The notes: generated from the letters alone by a model not told the origin. A stretch of 64,000 nt of DNA from Gammaproteobacteria bacterium (GCA_026709505.1 JAPOSW010000094.1:9657-73656); one strand, 5' to 3'. Shown: positions 31,605-42,500, numbered from the stretch's first letter. Program-made: numbers and translations.

Positions 31605-34376
31605 TCATCGCCTGCGCCTACCCTTTTTCCTGCCCGACATCAGCGGCTGACACATCTTCTCATACAATCCGAACAGGTGTTCCACCCTCTCCCACTCCGA
31701 ACCGAATCCTGAACGCTTGTAGAGGCGGTCAACCGCACGGTCCAGCATCTGATGGACCTGTCGGAGATTCGGAGGCATCGAGTCAGGATCGTATAAATTA
31801 GCCAGAGTTGCATTCGGATGAGAAGCCCGTGCATCAAGCACTGCCTGGGCAAGCGGCTCCAGCCTGGACAGATCCGAGCCTTCAGGAGGCAGAGGAAAAG
31901 TATTGTAGACAAGGCCAATGGAGTAACGGTAGCGGCTTTCCAGCCTCCCGCCTATGTGGCGCAGCCATGCCATGTGCATTGATGATGTAAGCAATGCGAA
32001 GTCGGCTAATGACGCAGCAGTAAGCACAAGTGTTGAATCGCTAGGAACTGAAGGAGGATTCACCCAGCCAATCGGAGCATACTCCCGTTTCTCTGAGCTC
32101 ACCCGAGGTATCAATAGAAAGGACTCGGTAGGAATGACATTGACGTGATAGAGCGTTGGCGTCTCGGCAAGCTTGCGGGTTGGCGCACTCTTGCTGGACT
32201 TTCTGTAGTCGCGCACGGCGCGTATCCTTTCCCGCACTTTCGGTAACTCAGCCAGTATATTCGGAGGTACATCATGCAAAGCAAGAATCCAGCGCTTCCC
32301 GCCCTGCAGATATTCCCGTGCTCCAATGAATGGACGGAAAAGCGATTCCGACCCGGGCTCTGCCTCAAGAAATGCAGCACGTTCCTGCTTGTCGAAAATA
32401 TAATGACTGCCGTCGATTGGCTTGGAACCGATAATCAAGCGTTCCATGCTATTGATTGGGTGACCTTCTTCCTTGATCACAAGGTGAGTATCAGTGAGAC
32501 CGCCAGCGTCGATCAGGTATGGCGATAAAGCTTTGTGACCGCTTCCTTCAGGCTCGCCGTTGATATCGGGATAGCTGAAAAGGCGTTTTTCAGGACGTGC
32601 TCGTTCCTTTCGGTCTAGCCCAAGAATTACGACATGCACATGCGCTTTGCCTCTCGCATCCGATCCCCAGGCGAAGGTTCGGTGTGCAAATGCGATTTCC
32701 AGACCATATCGATCGAACAGGACCGGCCAAAGCTGGGCGACCTGCTCCCCCTGTGTAATCGAATTGGTTGCTACAAAACCGATCCGGGCATTGCTGTTTC
32801 GAACATAGTCTCCCGCCTTGATGAACCATGCGGCAACATAATCTAAAGTCCCGACGCTCCGGCCGAGCGCCGCAATGCGGTGCACCTGTTCTCTCTGCTC
32901 AGTCGTCTGTAATTTTGCGCCGATGAAGGGTGGATTGCCGAACACGAAGGAGCAATCCCTGGAGGGCAGCAGACTCTCCCAATCAGATTCCAGTGCATCC
33001 GCATGGATGATGTGCGGTGACTTCTTTAAGGGGATACGTACATAAACTTGCCCAAATTCCTGGCTCAGCTGATTGTTCATGATGTGATCCATCATCCATA
33101 GTGCTGTCTCGGCAATGCGGCCTGGAAACTCCCCGATTTCAATTCCTTAGAACTGATCAACATCAATTACCGATAGCTCGCTCGCAGCCAGATCGACATT
33201 TTTGCGGGGATATATTTCTTTCAGGACCTCAATTTCCAGTTTGCGTAATTCCCGGTAGGCAATAATCAGGAAGTTGCCGCAACCACAGGCCGGATCGAAG
33301 AATGTCAGAATTCCAAGTTTCGCCTGAAACTTGCGAAGTGCCGCGAGGCGCCCGTGGTCACGACGCACCTTCAACCGCTCGAACTCTCCGTGCAGATCAT
33401 CCATGAACAGGGGTTCAATCACCTTGAGGATGTTTTTTTCAGTGGTGTAGTGTGCACCCTGGGCACGACGTTCCTCAGGGATCATTACCGACTGGAACAA
33501 CGCGCCGAAGATAGCAGGCGAGATATTCGACCAGTTGAAGTTGCAGGCATCCAGCAGTTTCTCGCGCATTCCAGCGTCAAAGGCCGGGATACGAACCAAT
33601 CCGTCGAAAAGATCACCGTTCACATAGGGGAAGCGCTGCAAGTCCTCATCGCGAGTTGACAGGCGATCGCCGTCCGGCGCATTCAGTACCTGAAACAACT
33701 CGGCCAGCTTTGACCCCGTATCCGACCCGTCCTGACTGGTACGCGCTTCAATAAAGTCCAGAAAAGCATCCCGCTCGAATATGCCAGTGTCATCGGCAAA
33801 CAGGCAGAACACCATCCGCACCAGAAAGACCTCTAGATCATGTCCGCGATAACCGCACTCGAATAATGCATCATGTAGCCTTCCCACCAGTTCAGCAGCT
33901 TCAATATTGACAGGATCCTGGTCGCGGAATATACGGCGTTGCACACCTGCAATAAAGCCGAACTTCTCGACATGATTTGGGAGTTCACGAAGCGCAAAGG
34001 AGGTTTTACTACGCTCGCTTAGATCGTGCAGCTCAAATGTCTGGAAGTCGCTGACAAGTATGTAGCGAGGTCGTTCGTTCTCAGGCAGAGCATCAAAGTA
34101 CTCTCCGGCTTGTCCATATGCCTTCTCGAGATCGCGCCCTGCACTCTTCTGTTCGACGATCAATTCTCCAGGCCAGAATAAATCGATATAGCCAGAGCGG
34201 TCGTCAATTTTGACGACATGCTGTTCGTAACGCGCTACCGACCGCCGCTGGATGCCGAAAACATGGAAGAAATCATTGTAAAAACTCTGCGTCTCTCCCT
34301 TCTCATAGGATGCATCTTGCCAATCCTTGGCAAAAGCAGCAGCACGTGCTCGGATTTCGTTCCAGGACAGGCGCAT
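31605..34376 (-). pseudogene. MmeI-like (Type IIL) fused restriction-modification enzyme interrupted by one in-frame TAA
   Basis: N-terminal nuclease (IDLFWPG..VEQKS), GAHYT, DPACGCGNF, GNPPF and a TRD. The two ORFs are in the same frame and separated only by the stop at 33147-33149 (VDQF*GIEI). Confidence 0.92.
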
Positions 34377-34760
34377 TAGGTGGTCCTAGCAGGTAAACCA
34401 TTGTTCTTTTTGGACATCCGGTAGGACAGAAAGAACTCCTGTATTTTATTAACCATTCTGCACATATGGTTGATCGTGCCGGCATGTCGCAAGTTTTTAC
34501 TTCCTATGAGCTCATTCATATATCGATGATGATATTTCGCACTAATCCTGAGGCAAGCACCCTTTTGTTCAGGCTTGATCATCGACAAAATAGACTATAT
34601 CTGTTCATCAAGCCTCAATCCTGGCATATACTTGATTTCAGCCTTGTTCGGTCCATCCATGCAAACTGGGATAGTAAGCTGGGCAGTAGCTGTAATTTTC
34701 AGTGAAGTTCTCAATTTCTCAACCCAACCTTGTTACAACGGCACTGTTCAACGTTATACC
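34376..34760 (-). mobile_element. IS1595-family transposase C-terminal relic
   Basis: SMIKPEQKGACLRISAKYHHRYMNELIGSKNLR..TINHM..LSYR..NGL resembles the ISXO2-type tail (SMLKRxHKG..SxKHLxRYVxEFxGRHNxR). Upstream part eroded; left boundary approximate. Confidence 0.65.
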
Positions 34761-34960
34761 ATCAAAGCTATGTGGAGTTGCAAATGGTCACCTACGGATA
34801 TGAACCCCAAAGGATATCTGGGTAAAACTCCTGCAACCAAACCGGGGAAATACTCAATGCATGATGTGATAACTGTCAGCACTTCCACCAAGAAGTTGCC
34901 CCGCATACAAACACTGACCTACATTGGCTGAGATATTGCGTTATCATCTTGTCAATGTCA

Positions 34961-35307
34961 TTACGCATGTTTATCGCGTTCAAGATAATGTCTGAGCGCA
35001 TCGGTAGCGACAGTGTTGAGATTGATTCCTTCACGTCTGGCATGTTGCATTGCACGGCAATGTAGTTCGCGTCCAGGAAGCACGTTGAAACTTCCTTTCA
35101 GCGGTATACCGGGATTGCGGTTTTCGTTCCTACAAAGTTCCAGGTAATTGTCTACAGACTGCTGAAACGCAGACTCAGGCTCTTCACATCATCGCCTTCA
35201 TAGGCTACCAAGTCACGGATGAATTCAAGTCGCCCGTGCAACGCCTCATCCTCATCACTATATTCTACCGAAACAAAGCAGTCCTTGTATTCCAACATTG
35301 TGCTCAT
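34961..35307 (-). pseudogene. hicB: HicB antitoxin, frameshifted
   Basis: MLEYK..VEYSDEDEALHGRLEFIRDLVAYEG, a 1-nt frameshift near 35175, then SVDNYLELC..KGSFNV..GINLN. Confidence 0.85.
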
Positions 35308-35549
35308 ATCTCATCTATCAATATCCGAAATACATCCGTAATGACGTATCTCCTGACAATATTGCCGGTAGGCTTATGCAAAATAATTTTGGGTGCGGCG
35401 GCATGAATAAAGCGATACCGTGAACCAACTGTCTTGCCGGACTTTGCTTCACTTTAACCTGCTCCTTCCAGCAGCAAGAACAGCCCATTCCAAGTGAAAT
35501 CTTTTTGCTTGCTCTTGAATCGCGTTTTCAGCTTGTCTAACCGACCCAT
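35304..35549 (-). pseudogene. hicA: HicA toxin with internal TAA
   Basis: MGRLDKLKTRFKSKQKDFTW..G*SEAKSGKTVGSRYRF..LHKP; ATGA overlap with hicB. Confidence 0.85.
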
Positions 35550-35590
35550 ATCACTTTTATCCCTTTTCAAATTACAGCATTGCCACAAAT

Positions 35591-35616
35591 AATTGCAACT
35601 GTATATAGTTGCAATT
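35591..35616. promoter_or_regulatory. Perfect palindrome, likely hicAB autoregulatory operator
   Basis: AATTGCAACT-GTATAT-AGTTGCAATT, about 40 bp upstream of the hicA start. Confidence 0.65.
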
Positions 35617-35768
35617 TTGCAATCCACATCAAACAGAAAATAATTAAGGGGCGAGCAGAAGGCGGCGTTTCAATTGGGGTTTGCAGCGTAAATAGGAACT
35701 CATTGAACTGTGTTCGGGTCAGTATACTGCGGACATGATTGATAAGGCCTGGCTGGCTTTTCCATGTG

Positions 35769-36140
35769 TTATCTCTCCGTTGTTGCCAGCGGAACGATGT
35801 GCGATCGGAGAATTGTATGGTCTCGGGTAAGAAGAGGAATATCATGTATGATGCTTGTAGCAGCGATGATTTCATCCGCTGGATCTCCCCTGAAGTCAAG
35901 ATTGGTAGAAGCCCTGGCGATTTCAAGATCAATGGGCCAGACGTGAAGTTGGGCTAGCACATGCTTGACATCGCGGTCATAAAGGTCTATGTCTATCCGC
36001 CTGAGTTGGACTAGCTTGGCAAGTTCCCATAACACAATGGCTGAAACCGACCACCTGTTGCTTGACAACAAGTTCCTTTCTGCCGGGCGCAGGTCGTCTT
36101 TTACGGCAAAAATCAGTACATGGGTATCAAGATTCAGCAT
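35769..36140 (-). CDS. vapC: VapC/PIN toxin
   Basis: LDTHVLI, SAIVLWE, DPADEIIAAT, LLTRD. Confidence 0.92.
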   Translation of the reverse strand: MLNLDTHVLIFAVKDDLRPAERNLLSSNRWSVSAIVLWELAKLVQLRRIDIDLYDRDVKHVLAQLHVWPIDLEIARASTNLDFRGDPADEIIAATSIIHDIPLLTRDHTILRSHIVPLATTER

Positions 36141-36345
36141 CCCAGTCTATATCTGTTGATAGGGTGTTGCCCTCGATTTTCACCTTATGGCACAAGCTGC
36201 CAATCAATTCACTATGCTGACGGCCGTAAGGTAGCAGTCGGGCCACGGGCTTGCCATGTTTGGTGACTACCAAGCCATCCTGATCGAGACTGTCTAGCAA
36301 TGCCAAACATTGTTCCTTGAACTTGGCTGCGCCGATTGTTTTCAT
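36127..36345 (-). CDS. Phd/YefM antitoxin
   Basis: MKTIGAAKFKEQCLALLD..VVTKHGKPVARL; overlaps the toxin. Confidence 0.92.
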   Translation of the reverse strand: MKTIGAAKFKEQCLALLDSLDQDGLVVTKHGKPVARLLPYGRQHSELIGSLCHKVKIEGNTLSTDIDWDAES

Positions 36346-36718
36346 TGCTATGCTCTATAAATATTTGGACATATTATATGACTGGTCAAAATAAATGTCT
36401 ATATTTAAGATCACCATCCTAATCCGATAACCGAAAACATAAAAACACGTCCAGCGACTTGATTGTCGGAGTTTTCGAAAGGCATCAAGCTTCCCCCAAC
36501 AGCTGATTTCAATGTAGAGCGCCTACTTGTGGCCTATGAAGACTTGTGCTCATGCAGGGTAATCTGTTGAAGAATCGTGAACAGGATGACCGGCTAATTT
36601 TCAAGTGCAAAACCAAGGCAAATCGCAAGCAATGGATTCAAGATCTAGTCATCCATGTAAACGAATCAAATTTCCAGTATAGCAGTCCGCTCACTATGTT
36701 AAAATCATGAAATAATAA

Positions 36719-38284
36719 ATGCAAAAGTTCAGACAGAACGCCGCCCGCTGCCGACGGGCATTCAGACGTTCAGCCGTCTCCGGAGCAAGGGCTGCTACTA
36801 TGTCGACAAGACATCCCTGATCCGCCGGATGATCGAGGAGGGCGATTTCTAGCTCCTCTCCCGACCTCGCCGCTTCGGCAAGAGCCTTCTGGTCAGCACG
36901 TTGAAGGAACTGTTCGAGGGAAACGAGCCGCTGTTTCGGGGTCTGGACATCCACCCGCACTGGGACTGGTCGATCAAGTATCCTGTAGTCCGCCTGAGTT
37001 TCGGCGGAAACGTCAGTACGCTTGAGGACCTAGAGGATAACGCATTAAGCCAGCTGAACAAAATCGAACAGGCATTCAATCTGAAGCCGCGTCCGGTAAA
37101 GTCCGCCTCGGAACGACTAAGACATATCCTGTACCAGCTGCATCGAGCGACCGGCCTCCAGGTGGCGGTGCTGTTCGACGAATACGATGGGCCCGTCCTG
37201 AACGTGCTGGACGATTCAGAGAGCAAGAGAAAACAGGAACAGGCTGCGCGACCTGTACAGCATACTGAAGGATGTGGAAGAGCACATCCGCTTCGTGTTC
37301 GTCACCGGCATCACGATGTTCTCGAAGACCAGCTTCTCCTCGGGGCTCAACAATCTCACGAACATCAGCCTGTACCCTCCGCTCGCGGCCATCTGCGGAT
37401 ACACGGACAATGACCTTGACACGGTATTTGCCCCGGTTGCCCCGGAACTGGAAGGTCTGGACCGGGACCGGATTCGCACATGGTACAACGGCTACAACTG
37501 GCTCGGCGATGAGAGGCTCTACAACAACCCGCTCGACATTCTCCATCTCTTCCATGGGCTCGAGTTTCAGGCCCACTGGTTCCAGTCCGGCGAGCCGGGC
37601 TACCTATACCGGCTGCTGACGGAGAAGAAGGTCAGCCCCATGCAGCTGGAGAACTGCGTGCTGGATGCAGACACCGTTTCGAAGTTCGAGATGGACACGT
37701 TCAGCAGCGAGGCCCTGCTGTTCCAGTCCGGGTATCTGACTATCAGGGAAAGGGAAGTACAGGAAGACTGTGTCCTGTGCCGTCTGGACTATCCGAACTT
37801 CGAGGTTCGGAGCAGTTTCAACAGGAGTCTGGCCGAGCACCTGACGGGGCGCGGGCGGGAAATGGCAGCGGCAGGAAAGACCCTCATCCAGTGTCTCTTC
37901 AGTAACAACTTCTCGAAGTTCAGGGAGAAGGCCAATGTCCTGCTTGACGGCATTCCATATCCATAGCATGACGACGATGGTCCCGGCCGCTACGAGTTCT
38001 GGTATACTGGCCTGCTGTACATGAACTTCAGTACTAAACAGGTGGATCTCCGGATGGAGGAGGCCTCCAGCAGAGTCCGGTCAGACATGGTGCTGATGCT
38101 TGAATTCAAGATGGCCGAGGACGATGCGGGCACGGAAGAGGGTCTCGACAGCGCCATTGCGCAGATTCGGAAAAAAGGCTACGCGGAGAAGTACAGGGGT
38201 CGCGGGGAACCGGTTCACCTGATCAGCATGGTATTCGGAAAGAAAGAGCGCAACCTGCTGGGAATCCGTTCCGAACCACTATGA
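36719..38284 (+). pseudogene. AAA-ATPase-like plus PD-(D/E)XK nuclease (PDDEXK_9 type), multiply disrupted
   Basis: LPTGIQTF..YYVDKT, SRPRRFGKS, DEYD, LLFQSGYLTI, YPNFEV, LEFK. TAG at 36850, frameshift near 37220, TAG at 37964. Confidence 0.9.
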
Positions 38285-38359
38285 CGGTATCCGGCATTCC
38301 CTCCGGTAATGGGTGGTTTGCATTGCGGACTCAGGAATTGAGCCGGACCGCCGCCTGAT

Positions 38360-38385
38360 GCCGGTCGGCATTCAATCCGACCGGC
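38360..38385. other. GC-rich 9-bp hairpin
   Basis: GCCGGTCGG-CATTCAAT-CCGACCGGC between convergent genes; no U-tract. Confidence 0.4.
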
Positions 38386-38524
38386 TTCGAAACGGTTGTG
38401 GATTCGGATAGTGCTTGATTTTGTTAAGGTGCGGATAGTTTCATTCCCAAGTAGAAAAATGCAGACATCAACGGGCTATTCCATGACAAGAAAGGCGATA
38501 ATGCCTGTCAGGCACGTGATTTTG

Positions 38525-39526
38525 TCAGTTCATGACTTCACGAATACATCGGTCCAGGAATTTATGAAAGCCTGGGTCATTTTTTCCGGAAGCAACACAA
38601 TGCCCCCATGGAGAGGAATAGCACTCATGCCGGCCTCCCTTTATGTGAATAACCTCTAGTTCGTTGTCTTCCGGCCTGAAATACAGGTCATCGCTGCATG
38701 AGATAATAATTGTCTTGGCCCTGATTGAGGCAAGTGCCTTCTCCAAATCCTTGTTGTAGAGATCATTATCGCTGATATCGCCTCGTTGCCAGGTATCCAG
38801 CTTGGATAGAAGATCATTGGCATCCCAGTTCAGATGATCCTGCTCCCAGTCCAGCAGCAATGCCTCCGCTGAATCAAAGCCCAGTGCCTCATACATCCGC
38901 TCACGATAGAATGCCTGTGAATAGGCCCATCCGGCATAAATCCTGCCAAACGCCTTGAGACCTGCTTCCGGCGGACTTTGATAATTTCCTGAATCATACC
39001 TGGCATCAGCCTTAAGCGCGGCCTTGACACCCTCCAGAAACACCCAGTTATGCACCGATGTTCTCGCGGATGCGCAATAGGGAACAATGGCCCTCACCAA
39101 ATCCGGATACTGGGCAGCCCATTGATAGGATTGACAGCCAGCCATCGACCATCCCGCAACCAAGGCAATGCTCTGGACCTCCAAGTGCTCGGTCAGTAAA
39201 GCATGTTGCGCACCGATGTTGTCATACAGGGTCACCGCAGGAAAATGTGCCCCACCGAATGGACCGTCCGCATTACTGGGGGATGTTGAAATGCCGTTGC
39301 CGATCAGGTTGATGGAGATAATGAAATGCCGGGCAGGATCAACCGCTCTACCTTTCCCGAAATATCCTTCATTTCGTTGATGACTGCCGGTATAGAAAGT
39401 TGGCAATACCACCGCATTGTCGCGGTTCTGATTCAACTGCCCATAGGTCTTGTAGGCCAGCATCAAGCGAGGCAGGACAACCCCGCATTGAAGCTTGAAA
39501 TCATTGATAACGTATTCCGAATGCAT
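38525..39526 (-). CDS. Alpha/beta hydrolase, homoserine O-acetyltransferase-like
   Basis: LAYKTYGQLN..NAVV, nucleophile GWSMAG, DLYF and WGH triad; lacks the canonical MetX HALTG. Confidence 0.82.
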   Translation of the reverse strand: MHSEYVINDFKLQCGVVLPRLMLAYKTYGQLNQNRDNAVVLPTFYTGSHQRNEGYFGKGRAVDPARHFIISINLIGNGISTSPSNADGPFGGAHFPAVTLYDNIGAQHALLTEHLEVQSIALVAGWSMAGCQSYQWAAQYPDLVRAIVPYCASARTSVHNWVFLEGVKAALKADARYDSGNYQSPPEAGLKAFGRIYAGWAYSQAFYRERMYEALGFDSAEALLLDWEQDHLNWDANDLLSKLDTWQRGDISDNDLYNKDLEKALASIRAKTIIISCSDDLYFRPEDNELEVIHIKGGRHECYSSPWGHCVASGKNDPGFHKFLDRCIREVMN

Positions 39527-39587
39527 GCTTATGCCCTAACCTGCCACGCCAAAACCAGCTGTCCCGAAGCAAAACAGGAAGGCCTTT

Positions 39588-40880
39588 TCAGCGAACCACC
39601 GGCATGGGCTCGGTCTCTTGGGCAGGCTGTATTTCACTGTCAGAGTCATGAGCAAGCAAAAATTCGGAATCTAGCGCCGGCTTCCCGATACTTGCAGATT
39701 GATTTTCAAGAGCTGCCAGACCTTCCTTGTATAGGTTCAGCGCAGTTTCCGAATCGCCCATCTGTTCGTAAGCGTCAGCCATTTCGGAGAATGCCCCATC
39801 GCTGGCACCCAGCGCCATGACTTTTTCATACCATGATACAGAAGTCTTGAAATCTTCTTCATAGCGATACAGCCGGGCAAGTGCCAGTATAAGTTCAGGA
39901 TTTTCTGGACGGGTTTTCATCAATTTCTGGACAAATTCGATCTGATAGGGAATAAATGGACTTTGTAGCTGACCATACAAGTTCACCAAATTGGCATCGT
40001 ATTTCTTGTTGAGCGCCCGACGCAACATGGTCTCGGCATCCTTGCTTTCGCCCTGCTGTACCAGGTGCCTAATCCATGCTGAAAGAATTGCAGGATTGCG
40101 TTTCTGCCTGGCCGGCAAAGACTTCCAGTCGAGGGGGATTTCCGGAACATCGTCATCCAGGCCATCGGCAGTCAGCAGTCGACTCCAGGTTAATTGCTCA
40201 CGCTTTTCGACTTCATCGGGGGATAGCACCTTCAATTTCCTGATGGTCGGCAATATTCCCTTCAAGGCCTGCCAGTCTCCAAGAGCCTGATAAACGTGAG
40301 CCAGCAGACGGAGCAAAGGCTTGTTTCTCGGATTTTGCATTTTCTGGGCTTCAAGCACCTGTCGTGCCTCGACATACTCCCCAGCATGGCAGTGAAAACG
40401 GGCTCGGGTAAGCTGAATCGATAAACGGTGCTCTGGCTGGCTTTGCAGAGCCTGATCAAGATACATGTTTCGTCGTCGCAGACTGCCCTGCTGCAGGGCC
40501 GCATAGGCCGCACCCAGATAGTGAATGAGCGGCATTCGGGAATTTTCGACTTTCTTCAGCAAACGCGTTTCGGCTTGATCCCAGCGCCCTTCGATGAGGC
40601 CCGTCAATCCCTGCATGCAGGCCTTGTGGGCAGCATCCTCGTCCATTTGCATCTTGATCTTTCCGAGCTTTTTCGGAGCTCGAATAATATTCGCGATCAG
40701 GTTCAGAGCCAGATACAGAACAATAAATGCAAGAAACAGCATCAGCATCAGCATCAGCAACGGCATGCGTATTTCATACGGTTCCCGGAACAAGACCACA
40801 TAGCCGGGGTCTTCGATTGCCAGCAATCCAAGCCCGACAGAAGCGATCAGGACAACCAGGCAAAGAATAACCAGTTTCAT
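39588..40880 (-). CDS. hemY: HemY (heme biosynthesis-associated TPR membrane protein)
   Basis: DPGYV, EGRWDQAE, TPR-like helices; hemCDXY synteny. Confidence 0.9.
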   Translation of the reverse strand: MKLVILCLVVLIASVGLGLLAIEDPGYVVLFREPYEIRMPLLMLMLMLFLAFIVLYLALNLIANIIRAPKKLGKIKMQMDEDAAHKACMQGLTGLIEGRWDQAETRLLKKVENSRMPLIHYLGAAYAALQQGSLRRRNMYLDQALQSQPEHRLSIQLTRARFHCHAGEYVEARQVLEAQKMQNPRNKPLLRLLAHVYQALGDWQALKGILPTIRKLKVLSPDEVEKREQLTWSRLLTADGLDDDVPEIPLDWKSLPARQKRNPAILSAWIRHLVQQGESKDAETMLRRALNKKYDANLVNLYGQLQSPFIPYQIEFVQKLMKTRPENPELILALARLYRYEEDFKTSVSWYEKVMALGASDGAFSEMADAYEQMGDSETALNLYKEGLAALENQSASIGKPALDSEFLLAHDSDSEIQPAQETEPMPVVR

Positions 40881-40896
40881 AGTTATTGATCCGAAA

Positions 40897-42399
40897 TCAA
40901 CTTTCCATCAAGGCCTGCAAGGCAACGATTGACTCTGACAAATCACCAGGGGGGTCTGTTGGCAGATTCATGAGAATATCATCAAGCATGCCAGCCCACT
41001 CATTTGTGATATCTGAATTCGTATCGAAGTTCTCAAAAACCCAGTCCCTCAGGATATGCAGGCGTTCCGCAACAAGCACCGGCTGCTGACGAATCAGTGC
41101 AGATTCCGCAGACTCTATGAATAAATGAGTCCGCTCGTATATCAACTGCCGGATTTCTCCTGACATCAGCGGACGAACCGGCCGATTGTTTTTTTCAATC
41201 TGTATGAGATCGGTAATGCTGTCCAGGAATCGCGCTCCGGCATCGACCACTGGCTGAAAAGCTCCTTCCGATTGCTGAGCAGTGCCCGGACCTGCTGTTT
41301 CCGGGTTGCCTGCTTCGGAACCGATGCTGGACCCTGAAGCTGTCAAGTCACCGAGTATGGGAAGATAAGTCACACCATCATTCAAGATCCGCATCTGCTC
41401 CAGCAGCAACAGGGAATCAACCGGAGCAGCGCTTTTCAACATCTGGATATCCTGAGCCAGAAGTCTTCTGACTTGGGAGTAGTTCGAATTGCCCAGCGCG
41501 TCCAAACGGGCAAAGGCTATTTCAAGTGCATCCAGTGCAAGATGATTTTCTCCAGTGAAGCGAAGTCGATGATCGGCAACCAGCAAAAGGTGTTCAATTT
41601 CCTTCAAGGTCCAGCTTTCTACCCCTTCCTGAAAATAGGATCCGGTACGTGCTACTTGCTGGGAAAGTGATTCCAGTTCTTTCCGAAACGACTCGATTTG
41701 ACCTGTCATCTCCTCCAATGGCTCTGCACTGAGTTGCCGTATAGAGTCTTCCTGGGCATTGATTTGCCTTCTCAGTTCCCCAAGTCTTTCCTGATTTGCG
41801 GCTTCCATTTCCGCTGCACTCAACCTGAGATTGGCAACATTCGTTTCAAGCGCTGATTGAATATCCTGAACGGATTCTGCACGCTGTTCAAGGAATTCAA
41901 TCTGATCATGCTGCCTCATCCGCTCAAGTCTTGAATCAAATTGCGTGGTATAAACCGCATAGCCCGCAGCAAGCATCGAGACAACCGCCGCTACTAGCGC
42001 AATCGAAGGAAGAATGGATGTCGATGCCTGGCGGCTATTGATTTGGCCGCTACCAGCATTTGCTCTTTCAACCGAGTCCGGTGCAGGCAATTGTTGAGAT
42101 TCCCGGGACGACACGGATGCAGTGGACGCGGATGATTTTTCAATATCCGCAGCCTTCTCCTGCGTACTCGTTTTGAATTCATCAGTCTTAGTTTTGCCAG
42201 CACTGGCTACCCTGGCGGCTGAAGCACCCGATTTCTTTGCCGCTGGCTGGGCATTGTCATCACTCGGGGTAGATGTGGCACCCGAGTTGGCAGATTCTTT
42301 TGCAGATCGAGCTGTCGTACCGCTCGATCTCTTTCGAGCGGGAGTTTTTCTTTTCTGGGTTGTGGGCTTTTTGCCACCCGTGCCGCGGCTCACAGTCAT
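40897..42399 (-). CDS. hemX: HemX family protein
   Basis: TM helix plus coiled coil, WTLKEIEHLL..ADHRL; synteny. Confidence 0.85.
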   Translation of the reverse strand: MTVSRGTGGKKPTTQKRKTPARKRSSGTTARSAKESANSGATSTPSDDNAQPAAKKSGASAARVASAGKTKTDEFKTSTQEKAADIEKSSASTASVSSRESQQLPAPDSVERANAGSGQINSRQASTSILPSIALVAAVVSMLAAGYAVYTTQFDSRLERMRQHDQIEFLEQRAESVQDIQSALETNVANLRLSAAEMEAANQERLGELRRQINAQEDSIRQLSAEPLEEMTGQIESFRKELESLSQQVARTGSYFQEGVESWTLKEIEHLLLVADHRLRFTGENHLALDALEIAFARLDALGNSNYSQVRRLLAQDIQMLKSAAPVDSLLLLEQMRILNDGVTYLPILGDLTASGSSIGSEAGNPETAGPGTAQQSEGAFQPVVDAGARFLDSITDLIQIEKNNRPVRPLMSGEIRQLIYERTHLFIESAESALIRQQPVLVAERLHILRDWVFENFDTNSDITNEWAGMLDDILMNLPTDPPGDLSESIVALQALMES

Positions 42400-42500
42400 T
42401 TTGGAGTCTGAATAGTTGGAGGTATTGTCGGATTATGTGTCTTTAGCACGATACTTTGCCCGATTTTCCGATTCTACCAGACAATTTGCGGGCTTGGCGA

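Noticed and set aside
31434-34990. CATTATCT / AGATAATG as terminal inverted repeats of an IS1595-MmeI transposon
   Set aside because: Only 8 bp, no TSD, and the right copy lies inside hicB coding sequence (R-H-Y-L).
33147-37966. Stop-codon reassignment: three in-frame stops fall at expected Tyr positions (MmeI TAA, hicA TAA, AAA-ATPase TAG) and one at a Trp position
   Set aside because: Core genes terminate normally at TAA and TAG, and neighbouring or the same genes also carry frameshifts. Tyr and Trp codons are one substitution from a stop.
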